DNA of 35,920 nucleotides from a virus (taxonomy: Duplodnaviria; Caudoviricetes): IMG/VR virus record IMGVR_UViG_3300035396_000120, positions 1 to 35,920 of that record; one strand, 5' to 3'. Made by a program: the position numbers and the translations under genes. The notes beneath the pieces were generated by a model that was not told the DNA's origin, did not search any database, and was given only the letters and a program-made list of their open reading frames with translations. This document shows positions 1 to 9,012 of the stretch, in pieces (the stretch's first letter is position 1; every line of letters starts with the position of its first letter).

Positions 1-141
1 CTTATAGATTGCTTTACTATTAGAGTTGTTTCCACTAGTGTAAGATACAGAAACTGCGCCATAACTCTCACTAGATATACCTGAAGTAACTTTACTATTA
101 GGGTCTACACCTTTTCTAGCATAAGCAAGTTCACAAATACC
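1..141. repeat. Terminal direct repeat copy 1 (assembly overlap of circular genome)
   Basis: 1-141 is identical to 35780-35920, and an ORF reads through the junction. Confidence 0.97.
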
Positions 142-429
142 TCTTTTAAGCTCAATAGGTATCTCTGTTCCCCAAAATACTCTAGGAAATTCAAGAGCTT
201 GTGTCTTTCTATATGGGCTAGTAGATATTAAAGTAGTAGCAGTAGAGAAATATGAATAACTTAAATCTGCGTATCTAGTAGCCTCATTTAGCCATGCCAT
301 AATAGTATCATTTGTATCAGTAATAGATACGCCTAAGTCTTCCCAATATTGTTTGAAGTCATCAATATCTACATAACTTGTAGCGTCTACTAAACCTGTA
401 CCTGTTTCAACAACAAAGTTAATTGACAT
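1..429 (-). CDS. Head-tail adaptor (DnaT-like family), 5' part; continues across the circular junction to 35717 (163 aa total)
   Basis: Not in the ORF track. ATG at 429 with AGGGG RBS; hand translation MSINFVVETGTGLVDATSYVDIDDFKQYW...QALEFPR...ELKRGICELA; precedes the head-closure gene. Confidence 0.8.
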   Translation of the reverse strand, partial: MSINFVVETGTGLVDATSYVDIDDFKQYWEDLGVSITDTNDTIMAWLNEATRYADLSYSYFSTATTLISTSPYRKTQALEFPRVFWGTEIPIELKRGICELAYARKGVDPNSKVTSGISSESYGAVSVSYTSGNNSNSKAIYK

Positions 430-439
430 TTAATACCCC

Positions 440-796
440 TTATTTAGTTATTTCTGGACTCATGGTTACTTTGCCATTGAGTACTCTTATTACTTCATCA
501 GATATATTGTATAACTCTATATCATAATAAAAATCTGTTGTGTCTAAATAAGATGTACCACGCAAAGCAACAGCCGACGAATCTGCCGCTGGTAATACAA
601 TGTGAATTGTACCGTTAGTTCCATCTGGTATAGTGCAAGTAAATGTAGCTTTAGCAGTTGTATCTGTTGCTTTACTTTTTATTTTACCTCTAGCATCATA
701 GTTAGTAATATCTACTACTACTTCATTTACCATATAAATATAATCATATGTAAATGTTGAACCTTGGTCTATTAGAAAATTTACTACTTCAGCCAT
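440..796 (-). CDS. Virion structural protein, BppU/LtfC-like beta-sandwich
   Basis: IDQGSTF...DITNYDARGKIK...YYDIEL...RVLNGKV pattern; AAGGA RBS. Confidence 0.6.
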   Translation of the reverse strand: MAEVVNFLIDQGSTFTYDYIYMVNEVVVDITNYDARGKIKSKATDTTAKATFTCTIPDGTNGTIHIVLPAADSSAVALRGTSYLDTTDFYYDIELYNISDEVIRVLNGKVTMSPEITK

Positions 797-808
797 TATT
801 ATATCCTT

Positions 809-1291
809 TTACGCCATTACTAATATTGAACGAGCTTTTAAACTCATATTAGCACTAGGTGTTAATTCTATTTTAAATCCGTAAGTCTTAGCTTCTGCAT
901 CTGTTCCCATATAAACAAAAGAAGACCATTCTAATCTTGTATCAGTATTATTCTTGTGTAAAATAAAGTCATGCTCGGCTATATTAATATCTCCAAATGT
1001 TGGGTGAGGGACATATACTCTACAAGTACAGTAACTATCTTTTAAGCCGTTTAATGTTAAAGTAATCTTAAAGCATATTAGGCCATCATTTATATGGTTT
1101 TTAAATGATGAGTTAGCTGAGTCAAATAAGCCATCGTTATTCTTATAGTTTCTTACTGCACAATTACAAGGGAAATCTATTGGAGTACTTGCAGTTAAAC
1201 TAACCGTTGCACCTGTATCAACACAATCGTGTATAAGGTGCATATGTGGTATAGCATTAAGAGAAACTATATCTTCTAATTCTTGTGCCAT
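809..1291 (-). CDS. Hypothetical beta-rich virion protein
   Basis: 160-aa ORF, GAGGA RBS, located in the head gene block. Confidence 0.6.
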   Translation of the reverse strand: MAQELEDIVSLNAIPHMHLIHDCVDTGATVSLTASTPIDFPCNCAVRNYKNNDGLFDSANSSFKNHINDGLICFKITLTLNGLKDSYCTCRVYVPHPTFGDINIAEHDFILHKNNTDTRLEWSSFVYMGTDAEAKTYGFKIELTPSANMSLKARSILVMA

Positions 1292-1513
1292 TTATTTAAT
1301 ATCCTCGCTATAATAGTCTACTTTTTTAGAGTTTCTAATAAACTTTGGCATACTTTTATATGGTAATAAAATATCAAGACATATCCAAATGTTACTATAA
1401 AGACAATATGTCCATGGATTATTTACTATTAATACATCTTTTTTATCTATAACACAAATATTAGTTGATATAATGAATGCTATAATATGAGATAACCATT
1501 GAAATATAATCAT
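1292..1513 (-). CDS. Hypothetical protein, hydrophobic N-terminus
   Basis: Fills the gap exactly, overlapping the upstream stop and abutting the downstream ATG; weak RBS. Confidence 0.45.
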   Translation of the reverse strand: MIIFQWLSHIIAFIISTNICVIDKKDVLIVNNPWTYCLYSNIWICLDILLPYKSMPKFIRNSKKVDYYSEDIK

Positions 1514-2157
1514 TTAGCGTACCTTTCTCTAGAACCATTGGTGTCTACTGGCACATGTAAGGCTGTTTTAAATAGTAAAACATCTGCGGCATATGTATCC
1601 TGTGCATCAGCAGGACTTCTTCTAAGATTAAACTGAATAAGTCCACCTATACCAAATCCACCTGATGGTACTGGTAATTCTGTACCGCATACAACATTAT
1701 TATATTGATTGTTATTTACTGTCTTTAAGCATGATAAAGAAGTCATTGCAATCGGAGCTCCATTAGGTGGAATATAACACCAATCAAAAAAGAACTTAAC
1801 ATTCCCAGAACCTGTAGTTGCTGGTGCGTAATGAACATGCCATTCGGCTTTAAATGTACCGTCATTTACTTTATCTATAACCATATCATGTGGTATTTCA
1901 AAAGTATTTGATAATCTTTCTACGGTATTAACGCCGTCAAAAGAATATAGTTTAGTTGGCACACCGCCAATTGTTACACTCACTTCATCTGGAGCCGCAT
2001 TAGCAGACGCTAACACCCATTGACCACCTACATATTCATCTCTGTAAGTAATAGCAGAACCTTCTGCTCTTAATACACCAGTAGTTTCAACGGCTGTAAA
2101 GTTATCTCCGTTACCTATTCTTGCTTCTTCTGTTAGTTTAAATAAATCAAAAGCCAT
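1510..2157 (-). CDS. Hypothetical virion structural protein
   Basis: 215 aa, GGAG RBS, beta-rich composition, head block. Confidence 0.6.
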   Translation of the reverse strand: MAFDLFKLTEEARIGNGDNFTAVETTGVLRAEGSAITYRDEYVGGQWVLASANAAPDEVSVTIGGVPTKLYSFDGVNTVERLSNTFEIPHDMVIDKVNDGTFKAEWHVHYAPATTGSGNVKFFFDWCYIPPNGAPIAMTSLSCLKTVNNNQYNNVVCGTELPVPSGGFGIGGLIQFNLRRSPADAQDTYAADVLLFKTALHVPVDTNGSRERYAK

Positions 2158-2159
2158 TA

Positions 2160-2495
2160 TTAAACTCCACTATATATAACTGGTTTGCCATTATAAAATA
2201 CCTGTAAACCATTAAATAAAACATAATTATGTTCTATATTATTTAATTCTGTATAACAAATTACATCACCAGTAGTTACTATCACAGAGGAAAATCTTCC
2301 TTCTATTGTAAACCCAATAGGTATTGTCAAGGTATCAATACTATCACCTTTAAGAGCAGCTATAGTCACTAAAGACTCCGTTATAGCCTTTATTCTTTTA
2401 ACTGCTTTAGCTGTATATTGCTCTCCATCTGTTAATATAATAGAGCCACTATGAGCCATATTATCTATTAGAGCAATTTCGCTATTATAAGACAT
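2160..2495 (-). CDS. Putative head decoration protein, paralogue of 2508-2777
   Basis: Visible alignment SEIALID/SEKALVD, RIKAIT/RIKTVT, KGDSI/KGDNI, GRFSSV/GTFSSV. Confidence 0.6.
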   Translation of the reverse strand: MSYNSEIALIDNMAHSGSIILTDGEQYTAKAVKRIKAITESLVTIAALKGDSIDTLTIPIGFTIEGRFSSVIVTTGDVICYTELNNIEHNYVLFNGLQVFYNGKPVIYSGV

Positions 2496-2507
2496 TTTAA
2501 GTCCTTA

Positions 2508-2777
2508 TTATGCTAAGTAAACTAAAGCCACACCACCTGCACCTGATACAGTTACAGAGGAGAAAGTTCCTACTATTTCAAAGTTTGCTGGGCATACTAA
2601 AGCAACAATATTGTCACCTTTTCCTGTAACAGCAGTAGCTGCAATAGTGGAAGCAGTTACAGTTTTAATTCTACACATATTACGAGCAGCATATGTAGCT
2701 GTTCCCGCTGTAGATAAAGTTTTAAGTCCGTTTTGCCCCATTAAATCAACGAGAGCTTTTTCTGATGCAAATGTCAT
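2508..2777 (-). CDS. Putative head decoration protein, paralogue of 2160-2495
   Basis: Small A/T/G/V-rich protein with AAGGA RBS. Confidence 0.6.
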   Translation of the reverse strand: MTFASEKALVDLMGQNGLKTLSTAGTATYAARNMCRIKTVTASTIAATAVTGKGDNIVALVCPANFEIVGTFSSVTVSGAGGVALVYLA

Positions 2778-2781
2778 ATGT

Positions 2782-3360
2782 TCATCCTTTAATACTATTT
2801 ATGGTTGTTTGTAAAGCGTGCATACTACCAATCCATTGTTGCTTAGTATCCCCTTCTGTTGTTAGAGCTTTTAATTCTGATGTTCTTCTACGATTCTCTA
2901 ACACTTCTAATAAAGCTATTTGTCTGTCTGTATCATATCCATATAGGAAAAGTCTTTCATCAAGTGCTGTCATTATATTAACTCTGACATCTTTAGCTTG
3001 TGCGAATCCTACCCAGTATGCTAAACATGGACGTTGGTAGGCATACTCAGTAGCCTCTTCCATATCAACACCGAATATATTAATTTCTTTTGCCCCTGTA
3101 TAAATGGCATAGGCTACCATATATGAAATGGACGAAGTAAAATAATTACTCCCACTCCATTCCATTATTTCTTTTAATGGATAAGAACCTAAGTTAATCT
3201 CATTGATTTTATTAGATTCCTGCCCTTTGTGCATAGCAAAGTATAACTGAACTCTATCCTGGTACACTGACTTATAAGAAGAAACACTCCATTTAAAAGT
3301 GTCTCTTTTCCAATCATAAGTTATGATGGAGTCAGATGTTCCGAGAATGTCTACGCGCAT
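2782..3360 (-). CDS. Putative glycosyltransferase-like protein (GT29/GT42/Maf-MptE-like fold)
   Basis: N-terminal VDILGTS and TSSISYMVAYAIYTGAKEINIFGVDM, resembling the A..G.KEI.L.G.D motif of sialyltransferase/Maf-like proteins. Confidence 0.5.
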   Translation of the reverse strand: MRVDILGTSDSIITYDWKRDTFKWSVSSYKSVYQDRVQLYFAMHKGQESNKINEINLGSYPLKEIMEWSGSNYFTSSISYMVAYAIYTGAKEINIFGVDMEEATEYAYQRPCLAYWVGFAQAKDVRVNIMTALDERLFLYGYDTDRQIALLEVLENRRRTSELKALTTEGDTKQQWIGSMHALQTTINSIKG

Positions 3361-3395
3361 TTTTCTTTCCTTATTCTTTTTATAAGTCTTAAAAC

Positions 3396-3413
3396 ACCAT
3401 ATTTATCTTTATT
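3396..3413 (-). promoter_or_regulatory. Repeated element AATAAAGATAAATATGGT, candidate phage promoter
   Basis: Exact 18-bp copy at 19832-19849; both are intergenic and upstream of minus-strand genes. Confidence 0.55.
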
Positions 3414-3429
3414 ATATCTATGCTTTAAA

Positions 3430-3459
3430 GTCCTACACCCCTTCGAAAGAGTGTAGGAC
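3430..3459 (-). terminator. Hairpin after capsid/decoration genes (terminator or stabiliser)
   Basis: GTCCTACAC/GTGTAGGAC stem extended by G-U pairs on the minus strand, UUCG-type loop, short U tract. Confidence 0.7.
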
Positions 3460-3477
3460 ACAAGGTAAACCAGTTAT

Positions 3478-3831
3478 TTAATTGTGTGCTATTGCTATAA
3501 TATTTCCAGCTGCCCCAGCAGTAGATACAACATCAATGAGGATAAGACCATCACTGTCTTTGAATCTTGCCGTTTCGAGGTTAAGAACTACTGTACCTAC
3601 TTCACCACCAGTAACAACTAAGTCACCCTGAGAAGCAGAAGAATAATCTCCAGCTTTAAAAGTGAATGTAGATGCTTTAGTGTCTGATTTTTCGATAAGT
3701 ACTGTGAGTTTTGTGCAACTTGTGTTGCTTACATCAATAGAGTGGTCATTTGCAATATCAACTGCATCTTTAACTACTGCTACTTCTGCATTCCATAATG
3801 CTTGGTTAACCGTAACTGCGCTTCGTGCCAT
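3478..3831 (-). CDS. Capsid decoration/cement-like protein
   Basis: 117-aa beta-rich ORF two genes after the major capsid gene. Confidence 0.6.
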   Translation of the reverse strand: MARSAVTVNQALWNAEVAVVKDAVDIANDHSIDVSNTSCTKLTVLIEKSDTKASTFTFKAGDYSSASQGDLVVTGGEVGTVVLNLETARFKDSDGLILIDVVSTAGAAGNIIAIAHN

Positions 3832-3834
3832 AAT

Positions 3835-4059
3835 TTATTTCCTTTTATTTTCTACACATGATTGACATGATATAGAGTTTTGTTTAAATTTACAACCCAT
3901 ACACGGGTCATTTGTTTTTATTTCTTTAACTATTTGAATAGTTTCAGGAAGGGTTTCTACTTCATCAGTAGAAACATCTTCTTCCTGTGTAACAACGGTA
4001 GAAATATCTTCGACCTCTAATTGTACTTGATTAGGTATACTTATTTTCTTTCTTGCCAT
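3835..4059 (-). CDS. Small acidic protein with C-terminal CxxC-x8-CxxC
   Basis: CMGC...CQSC; AGGGA RBS; directly after the capsid gene. Confidence 0.6.
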   Translation of the reverse strand: MARKKISIPNQVQLEVEDISTVVTQEEDVSTDEVETLPETIQIVKEIKTNDPCMGCKFKQNSISCQSCVENKRK

Positions 4060-4089
4060 TGTTTATATCCCTATATTAGCTAGAAGCTA

Positions 4090-4926
4090 TTAAGCTTCAG
4101 CACCTTCAGCACAATAAAGAACACCAAGTGAAGCAGGAGCTACAGTTTTAACACCGTAAAGTATTAAAGAACGTAGGTAATCTGCAAATTCGTCTTCTCT
4201 TCGTCCAGCTTCCATCTTATCGATTTGGCTTGCCATAGCAATAGTAGACCCAGCAACGAAGGCCATCGGCGAATACCAAGTAGTGGTAGAATGAGAAATG
4301 TTTGGGCTCTTGAAGATTTGGAAACCGCTCATTTCACCAACATAAGAAGATGATTGAGAGATAGCCAAGCTGTTGTTAGTGTCTTTTGCAATCTTAGCAA
4401 GTCTACATTTAGCAGCAAACCAAGGAGGAACAACCATAACTCGGTTCTCATTAGGAACGTTGTTATCGTCAAAAAGAACTTCTAGTTTAGAAAGTTCGTT
4501 AATAACAGTTGCAGAAGTAATAGATACAGGAGAACCTGTAGAACCGCTTGTAATACCTGCTTCTGTGTAAAGACCAGCAAGAGCTAAGTCGATGTTATCA
4601 GAAAGAGATACACCCATTTTACGAGCTATTTCGAGCATAAGTTTTGGGTTAGTTTGAGCCGCGTCGATATCTTCAACAGATACAGCAGCGTAATACTTTT
4701 GATTAATCAAAAGAGATTTTGAAGCATCAGATACAGATTGGTAAGAGATTGAACCAGAGTAAGCAGTAACTGTTACGTCACCGATTTCATTGATTTTTAC
4801 TGCTTCACCAAACTTAGTGATTTGTCCTTCGTAAGATTTGTTTGCGAGATTTCCGAATACGAATTTTTTATCGTATGCTTGGAAAATTTTGTCTGACCAT
4901 AGGGTCGGTTTAAAATTTGAGAACAT
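4090..4926 (-). CDS. Major capsid protein (P22 coat-like, HK97 fold)
   Basis: NFKPTLWS, YEGQITKFGEAVKI, VPNENRVMVVPP, YGVKTV; position after scaffold. Confidence 0.9.
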   Translation of the reverse strand: MFSNFKPTLWSDKIFQAYDKKFVFGNLANKSYEGQITKFGEAVKINEIGDVTVTAYSGSISYQSVSDASKSLLINQKYYAAVSVEDIDAAQTNPKLMLEIARKMGVSLSDNIDLALAGLYTEAGITSGSTGSPVSITSATVINELSKLEVLFDDNNVPNENRVMVVPPWFAAKCRLAKIAKDTNNSLAISQSSSYVGEMSGFQIFKSPNISHSTTTWYSPMAFVAGSTIAMASQIDKMEAGRREDEFADYLRSLILYGVKTVAPASLGVLYCAEGAEA

Positions 4927-4954
4927 TTTTATAATTTCCTTATAATTTATTTTA

Positions 4955-5692
4955 TTAATATCCAGCTTTTTCCATTGCAGCTAACCTGGCTTCACGAGTT
5001 GGTAACTTTTCTATTTCATCCAACGTCATAGGAGCTGAGTTGCCACCTTTAATCTGAGAGCCACTGTTACCGCCAGTATTAACAGCTGCTCTAACAAAAG
5101 ATTTAGCCTTTTCTGATTTAGACCAATCTTTAATATACTGTTCAATAGATGGGCTAAGGCCTTGGTCATCTTTTGCGTATATCTTTAGTTCACCATCTTC
5201 ATTCTCTTCAACCTCTGTCAATTTCTCGAAGTAAGGTAAAAGAAAATCAAGAGCCTCATTAGACACATTAACGTCTTTTAAGGACTTCAAAATCTGAGAT
5301 GTTCTTTCTGTTGTAAGTCGCTTATTGCGCATTGTCTCATATTTTGATGCCAATTCTGCTTTCTCAGCCTGTTCCCGCTTAAGGTCTCTCTCATATCTAG
5401 ATAATAATTCTTTATCTTTTCCTTGAGTGCCTTTGCTTTCTTGAAACGCTGACAAAATTTGCTCTAAATCTGATGGGTCTTCGATAGAGAATCCTTTTAG
5501 GATTGACTCAACCTTTTTTAATGTTTCTGATTTAACCTTGGTTTCACTAAGTTTCCCCAATAGTTCTTTGTTTTTTGATACTAAGCCACTTATATCTTCA
5601 GGCTTTTTAAATCCTGACTTCTCTATGTAACTTGTCATTAAGGCGTTGCCTTCTTGGGACGTTGCGAATTCTTGAAATTCTTGTTCGTTCAT
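4955..5692 (-). CDS. Capsid scaffolding protein
   Basis: Charged coiled-coil with Gly-rich C-terminal region, between portal and capsid genes. Confidence 0.8.
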   Translation of the reverse strand: MNEQEFQEFATSQEGNALMTSYIEKSGFKKPEDISGLVSKNKELLGKLSETKVKSETLKKVESILKGFSIEDPSDLEQILSAFQESKGTQGKDKELLSRYERDLKREQAEKAELASKYETMRNKRLTTERTSQILKSLKDVNVSNEALDFLLPYFEKLTEVEENEDGELKIYAKDDQGLSPSIEQYIKDWSKSEKAKSFVRAAVNTGGNSGSQIKGGNSAPMTLDEIEKLPTREARLAAMEKAGY

Positions 5693-5705
5693 TATTTTTT
5701 CCTTA

Positions 5706-5719
5706 TATATATTAACTTT
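5706..5719 (-). promoter_or_regulatory. Candidate late promoter AAAGTTAATATATA
   Basis: Motif recurs at 9766, 10095, 26898 and 34634, always intergenic and upstream of minus-strand units. Confidence 0.7.
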
Positions 5720-5775
5720 GTTTCTACAGTTTCTTTCTCATTAAATTTTAAAAAATGAGAAAAAAAGTTGTATTT

Positions 5776-7272
5776 TTATTGATTTATGTTGTCATTTACC
5801 ACATTTTCTTGTATTTCAACCATAGGTTGTACAACCTCTTTCTTAGGTAGACCTGCTTTAAATGAATCTATAGTCATCGTATCAGGTATAACCTCTGTCT
5901 TTCGTAAGTTATAAAACAATACTTCTAGTGGGATATTTCCTCTTAGGTATTGCTCGAATAGAGATGATAATAGCGCAGGATTTACGTCCTCTGGTATGAA
6001 ATCTGTCATAATTGTGTACTCTATATCTTCTTCAAAATACGTTACATTAGTATCTCTCCAGTAAAGTATGTAATATAGAGTCCTACGCATAGCAGAAGAT
6101 ACCACTGCTGCTACACTATTTAATGTACCAATCTCACCTATTCGATGAATGGTAGCTGTTCTAGCTGATTCAACCCCATTTGGGTCAGCTGCAAGCGAAC
6201 GAGAGCCTATAACAGACATCTCTTGCTTTAATCTTGTAAGTTCTTCTTGTAAAGCTTTACAGGAATTGGGGTCTCCACCTAGCATCCATGCATTTCCACC
6301 CTGTTCAAACTCTAAAAAGGTAGAAGGGCCAAGAGTTAAAGTGTTAAAAGCCTTATCCTCATCTTCAAAAGGCTTAAGTCCAGCCACACAAGGTGTTGGT
6401 CTACCTATGTAAAACAAGGAGTTTCTGTATAAAGCATCAGTTCTATAGTCACAAAAATTAACTCTAGACAAATCATATAGTAATGGGTAGTCATACTCGA
6501 ATACTAATCCGTGGTTAGACACTGGAACGATTGGTATAAACTTTAAAGGTACACCGTTTCTTAAAGGATAGAAGCTGTCTAGTACTACAAACTCTTCTTC
6601 ATTCTCCTTGTTCTTTTCAACCATTACAAGTATTGTTTGTTTATATCCAATCTTATCTAATGTAAGTTCTCGTAGTAAAGTAACTGTATTATCAACAATC
6701 TTTACTGTCTTAGGAAGGGTGTATGGAACGTCTATAAGTTCATAATGTTCTTGTAGTGTTACTTTTGTAAGTATTTTACGACCATATCTTTTGGAATAAT
6801 GCCAATCTTTTATAGCATAAATATCATAAGTAGTAACATATGGCTTAATATTCATATCTTCTACATCTCTAACAGTAAGTCCTTCTGTTCCTTCTACGGC
6901 AGGGAAGTCTACTAGCAAAGCAGCTAAACCATTACGCATAAGTTTAGATGATAAATCCCTGGCACATCCCTCTGCTGTATTTCCATCGTCAGTAAAGTTA
7001 CTTACTAAGTCTGTATTGATAGCCTCTAAGTTGTTCTGAGGGGTTTTCCTGAACAGTGAACCTATAAAGGCATCTAATGTTCTACCAGTTGCTGGGAAGA
7101 ATTTAGCCCAACTAAGGAATACATCATAAAGAGTATTACCATCTTGTGCTTCTTGCATACCTGAAAGAGAAGGTAAGTATGTTTGCCCTTTAGCCTTTAC
7201 TGCCCATTCACCCTCGGTACAATCGTCTATTTGTCTTGAAATTGTTGTGTACTTGTCATATTGTAAATTCAT
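5776..7272 (-). CDS. Portal protein (DUF4055-type)
   Basis: YLP, A.FFPATGRTLDAFIGSLFRKTP, LLVDFP, FIPIV, ESARTA; follows TerL. Confidence 0.88.
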   Translation of the reverse strand: MNLQYDKYTTISRQIDDCTEGEWAVKAKGQTYLPSLSGMQEAQDGNTLYDVFLSWAKFFPATGRTLDAFIGSLFRKTPQNNLEAINTDLVSNFTDDGNTAEGCARDLSSKLMRNGLAALLVDFPAVEGTEGLTVRDVEDMNIKPYVTTYDIYAIKDWHYSKRYGRKILTKVTLQEHYELIDVPYTLPKTVKIVDNTVTLLRELTLDKIGYKQTILVMVEKNKENEEEFVVLDSFYPLRNGVPLKFIPIVPVSNHGLVFEYDYPLLYDLSRVNFCDYRTDALYRNSLFYIGRPTPCVAGLKPFEDEDKAFNTLTLGPSTFLEFEQGGNAWMLGGDPNSCKALQEELTRLKQEMSVIGSRSLAADPNGVESARTATIHRIGEIGTLNSVAAVVSSAMRRTLYYILYWRDTNVTYFEEDIEYTIMTDFIPEDVNPALLSSLFEQYLRGNIPLEVLFYNLRKTEVIPDTMTIDSFKAGLPKKEVVQPMVEIQENVVNDNINQ

Positions 7273-7277
7273 TTCTT

Positions 7278-8555
7278 TTATCCTATTCTATAATTTATTT
7301 TTCTTGCAAAATTGTTTGGTTCATAAAAACAAAGTAGCATAGCATCTGCTTTGTCAGGAGAGCTGAACCCTCTCTTCTTATATTCATCTTTAGTTTCCAC
7401 CACCCTTCTAGAGGTAGTTTTTTCAAAGCTATACTTCCTAGAAGTGAGCTCTAAATGTAGTTGCTTATCTTCTGGTAGTATAACCTTATTAATAATTTTT
7501 TCAAATTCCCACCACATCTCAGATATGATTGAATTATAAAGTTCTTTGTTCTTAGGTTTAGAGGCGAAATTAATAGGGACTGTCTGTATATTAGGCTTAT
7601 TCATCTTATACTTAAGCTTATTTATGGCATCAGTAACCCCGCCCCCTATTCCAGTATCGTCTATTATTATCTTTGTACACTTATCAGATGCCCAATTTAG
7701 TAAGCATTCTGCTGTAGTGAATGTATCTTGCTTAGACCATGACCTCATATCAGTAACTCGGTAGCCTACTCTTTTAAAAGCCTGTGTTTTATCAGAGCCG
7801 AATCTGGCCACGTCACAAGATATAGTCTCTTTATCTGTAGTAACTTCAACTTCTGTTCTTCTCATAGCATTCATTACCTGAAGCCTAGAGAATACTGCTC
7901 TCTCAGATTGACCTACTGGCTTACCATCAAATATGTGTGACCAAGCATCATAGTCATTCTTCTTTAACTCTTCTGCCATAGATAATATCTTTAGAGGACA
8001 CCATGGATTGTCATAGTACTGAATTTCTATATCTAATACTCTAGGTGAATCTATAGGGTAAAATTCCCTTATCGCATCTGGGTCTAGATATGGATTCCAT
8101 AGGGCTATGATTCTAGACCCATCCTTTCTTATTGTTGGGTCTATTATTTCTAACATATCTCTAGATAAAGCTTCTGCTTCCTCTAAAATTAAGTAATCGA
8201 TGGCCTCCATGCCTTTTACACGGGTACGAGTTTCATCTTTAGACCCACCTTTTAGACCTAAAAAGGAAATGGTTGAGCCATTTATATGCTTAATCTCTTT
8301 ATCTGTCCAAGTAAATCCAGCTAAACTATATAAATCTATTAGTTCAGTAAGTAAAGTAAATATAGACTTATCAATAGCAGAAGCTATTTCCCTGGCATAA
8401 ACTACTTTTATCTTTCTGCTACCAGACTCTAGTAATATAAATAAGCCAGTAGAATATGACTTAGCTGATGAACGACCTCCATGTATTGTTATTACATTCT
8501 TTTCATGAGGAATGTTAAATAAAGGCTTAAGTTTCTCAGGAAAGTTTATCTGCAT
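7278..8555 (-). CDS. terL: Terminase large subunit
   Basis: Walker A HGGRSSAKS, Walker B LILEEAE, PTIRKDGS, WNP; nuclease motifs DVARFGSD, IDDTGIGGGV, SPDKADA. Confidence 0.95.
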   Translation of the reverse strand: MQINFPEKLKPLFNIPHEKNVITIHGGRSSAKSYSTGLFILLESGSRKIKVVYAREIASAIDKSIFTLLTELIDLYSLAGFTWTDKEIKHINGSTISFLGLKGGSKDETRTRVKGMEAIDYLILEEAEALSRDMLEIIDPTIRKDGSRIIALWNPYLDPDAIREFYPIDSPRVLDIEIQYYDNPWCPLKILSMAEELKKNDYDAWSHIFDGKPVGQSERAVFSRLQVMNAMRRTEVEVTTDKETISCDVARFGSDKTQAFKRVGYRVTDMRSWSKQDTFTTAECLLNWASDKCTKIIIDDTGIGGGVTDAINKLKYKMNKPNIQTVPINFASKPKNKELYNSIISEMWWEFEKIINKVILPEDKQLHLELTSRKYSFEKTTSRRVVETKDEYKKRGFSSPDKADAMLLCFYEPNNFARKINYRIG

Positions 8556-8558
8556 TTA

Positions 8559-9002
8559 CTATTTATTTTTTAAATAAAGTAGGAACTTACCTGGTTTTGT
8601 TATAAAGTATTTATATTTTAGACGTTCTAGAGTATATTTAATATTTCTTAACTTCTCTTTAATCTTAATCCAAAATTTTCTAATATCATTTATTAAGCTA
8701 TTTACTACATAAATATAACTGTCTTGTCTATTCTTATCTAATAAGGTCTTATATAGCTCAAACTTCTTATTTTTAGATAAAAATTGAACAATCTCTTCCT
8801 TTGTACAATCTTCAATGCTATCCACCCTAAAAATAGAGTCTCTATACTGACAATTGTTATTACATCCGCTGCAATTAAAAGAGCACCAAGTATTAAATAT
8901 AACTTTTCTTGGAGTTTCCTTTTTAATATGAAATAGTCTAATATCTTCTCCTACATATATAAAAGTATTTGATTTTATTAATAATTTTTCTAATTTTTTC
9001 AT
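8559..9002 (-). CDS. Basic hypothetical protein with a Cys cluster
   Basis: 147 aa, AAGGA RBS, WCSFNCSGCNNNC; lies between TerS and TerL. Confidence 0.6.
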   Translation of the reverse strand: MKKLEKLLIKSNTFIYVGEDIRLFHIKKETPRKVIFNTWCSFNCSGCNNNCQYRDSIFRVDSIEDCTKEEIVQFLSKNKKFELYKTLLDKNRQDSYIYVVNSLINDIRKFWIKIKEKLRNIKYTLERLKYKYFITKPGKFLLYLKNK

Positions 9003-9012
9003 ATTTTATCCT

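Noticed and set aside
5734-5762. TTTCTCATT/AATGAGAAA hairpin as a terminator
   Set aside because: AT-rich weak stem with no U tract on the coding strand
2611-8400. Plus-strand ORFs antisense to head genes (2611, 2765, 3662, 4373, 6149, 7351, 7546, 8200)
   Set aside because: Shadow frames of well-supported minus-strand genes with no recognisable motifs
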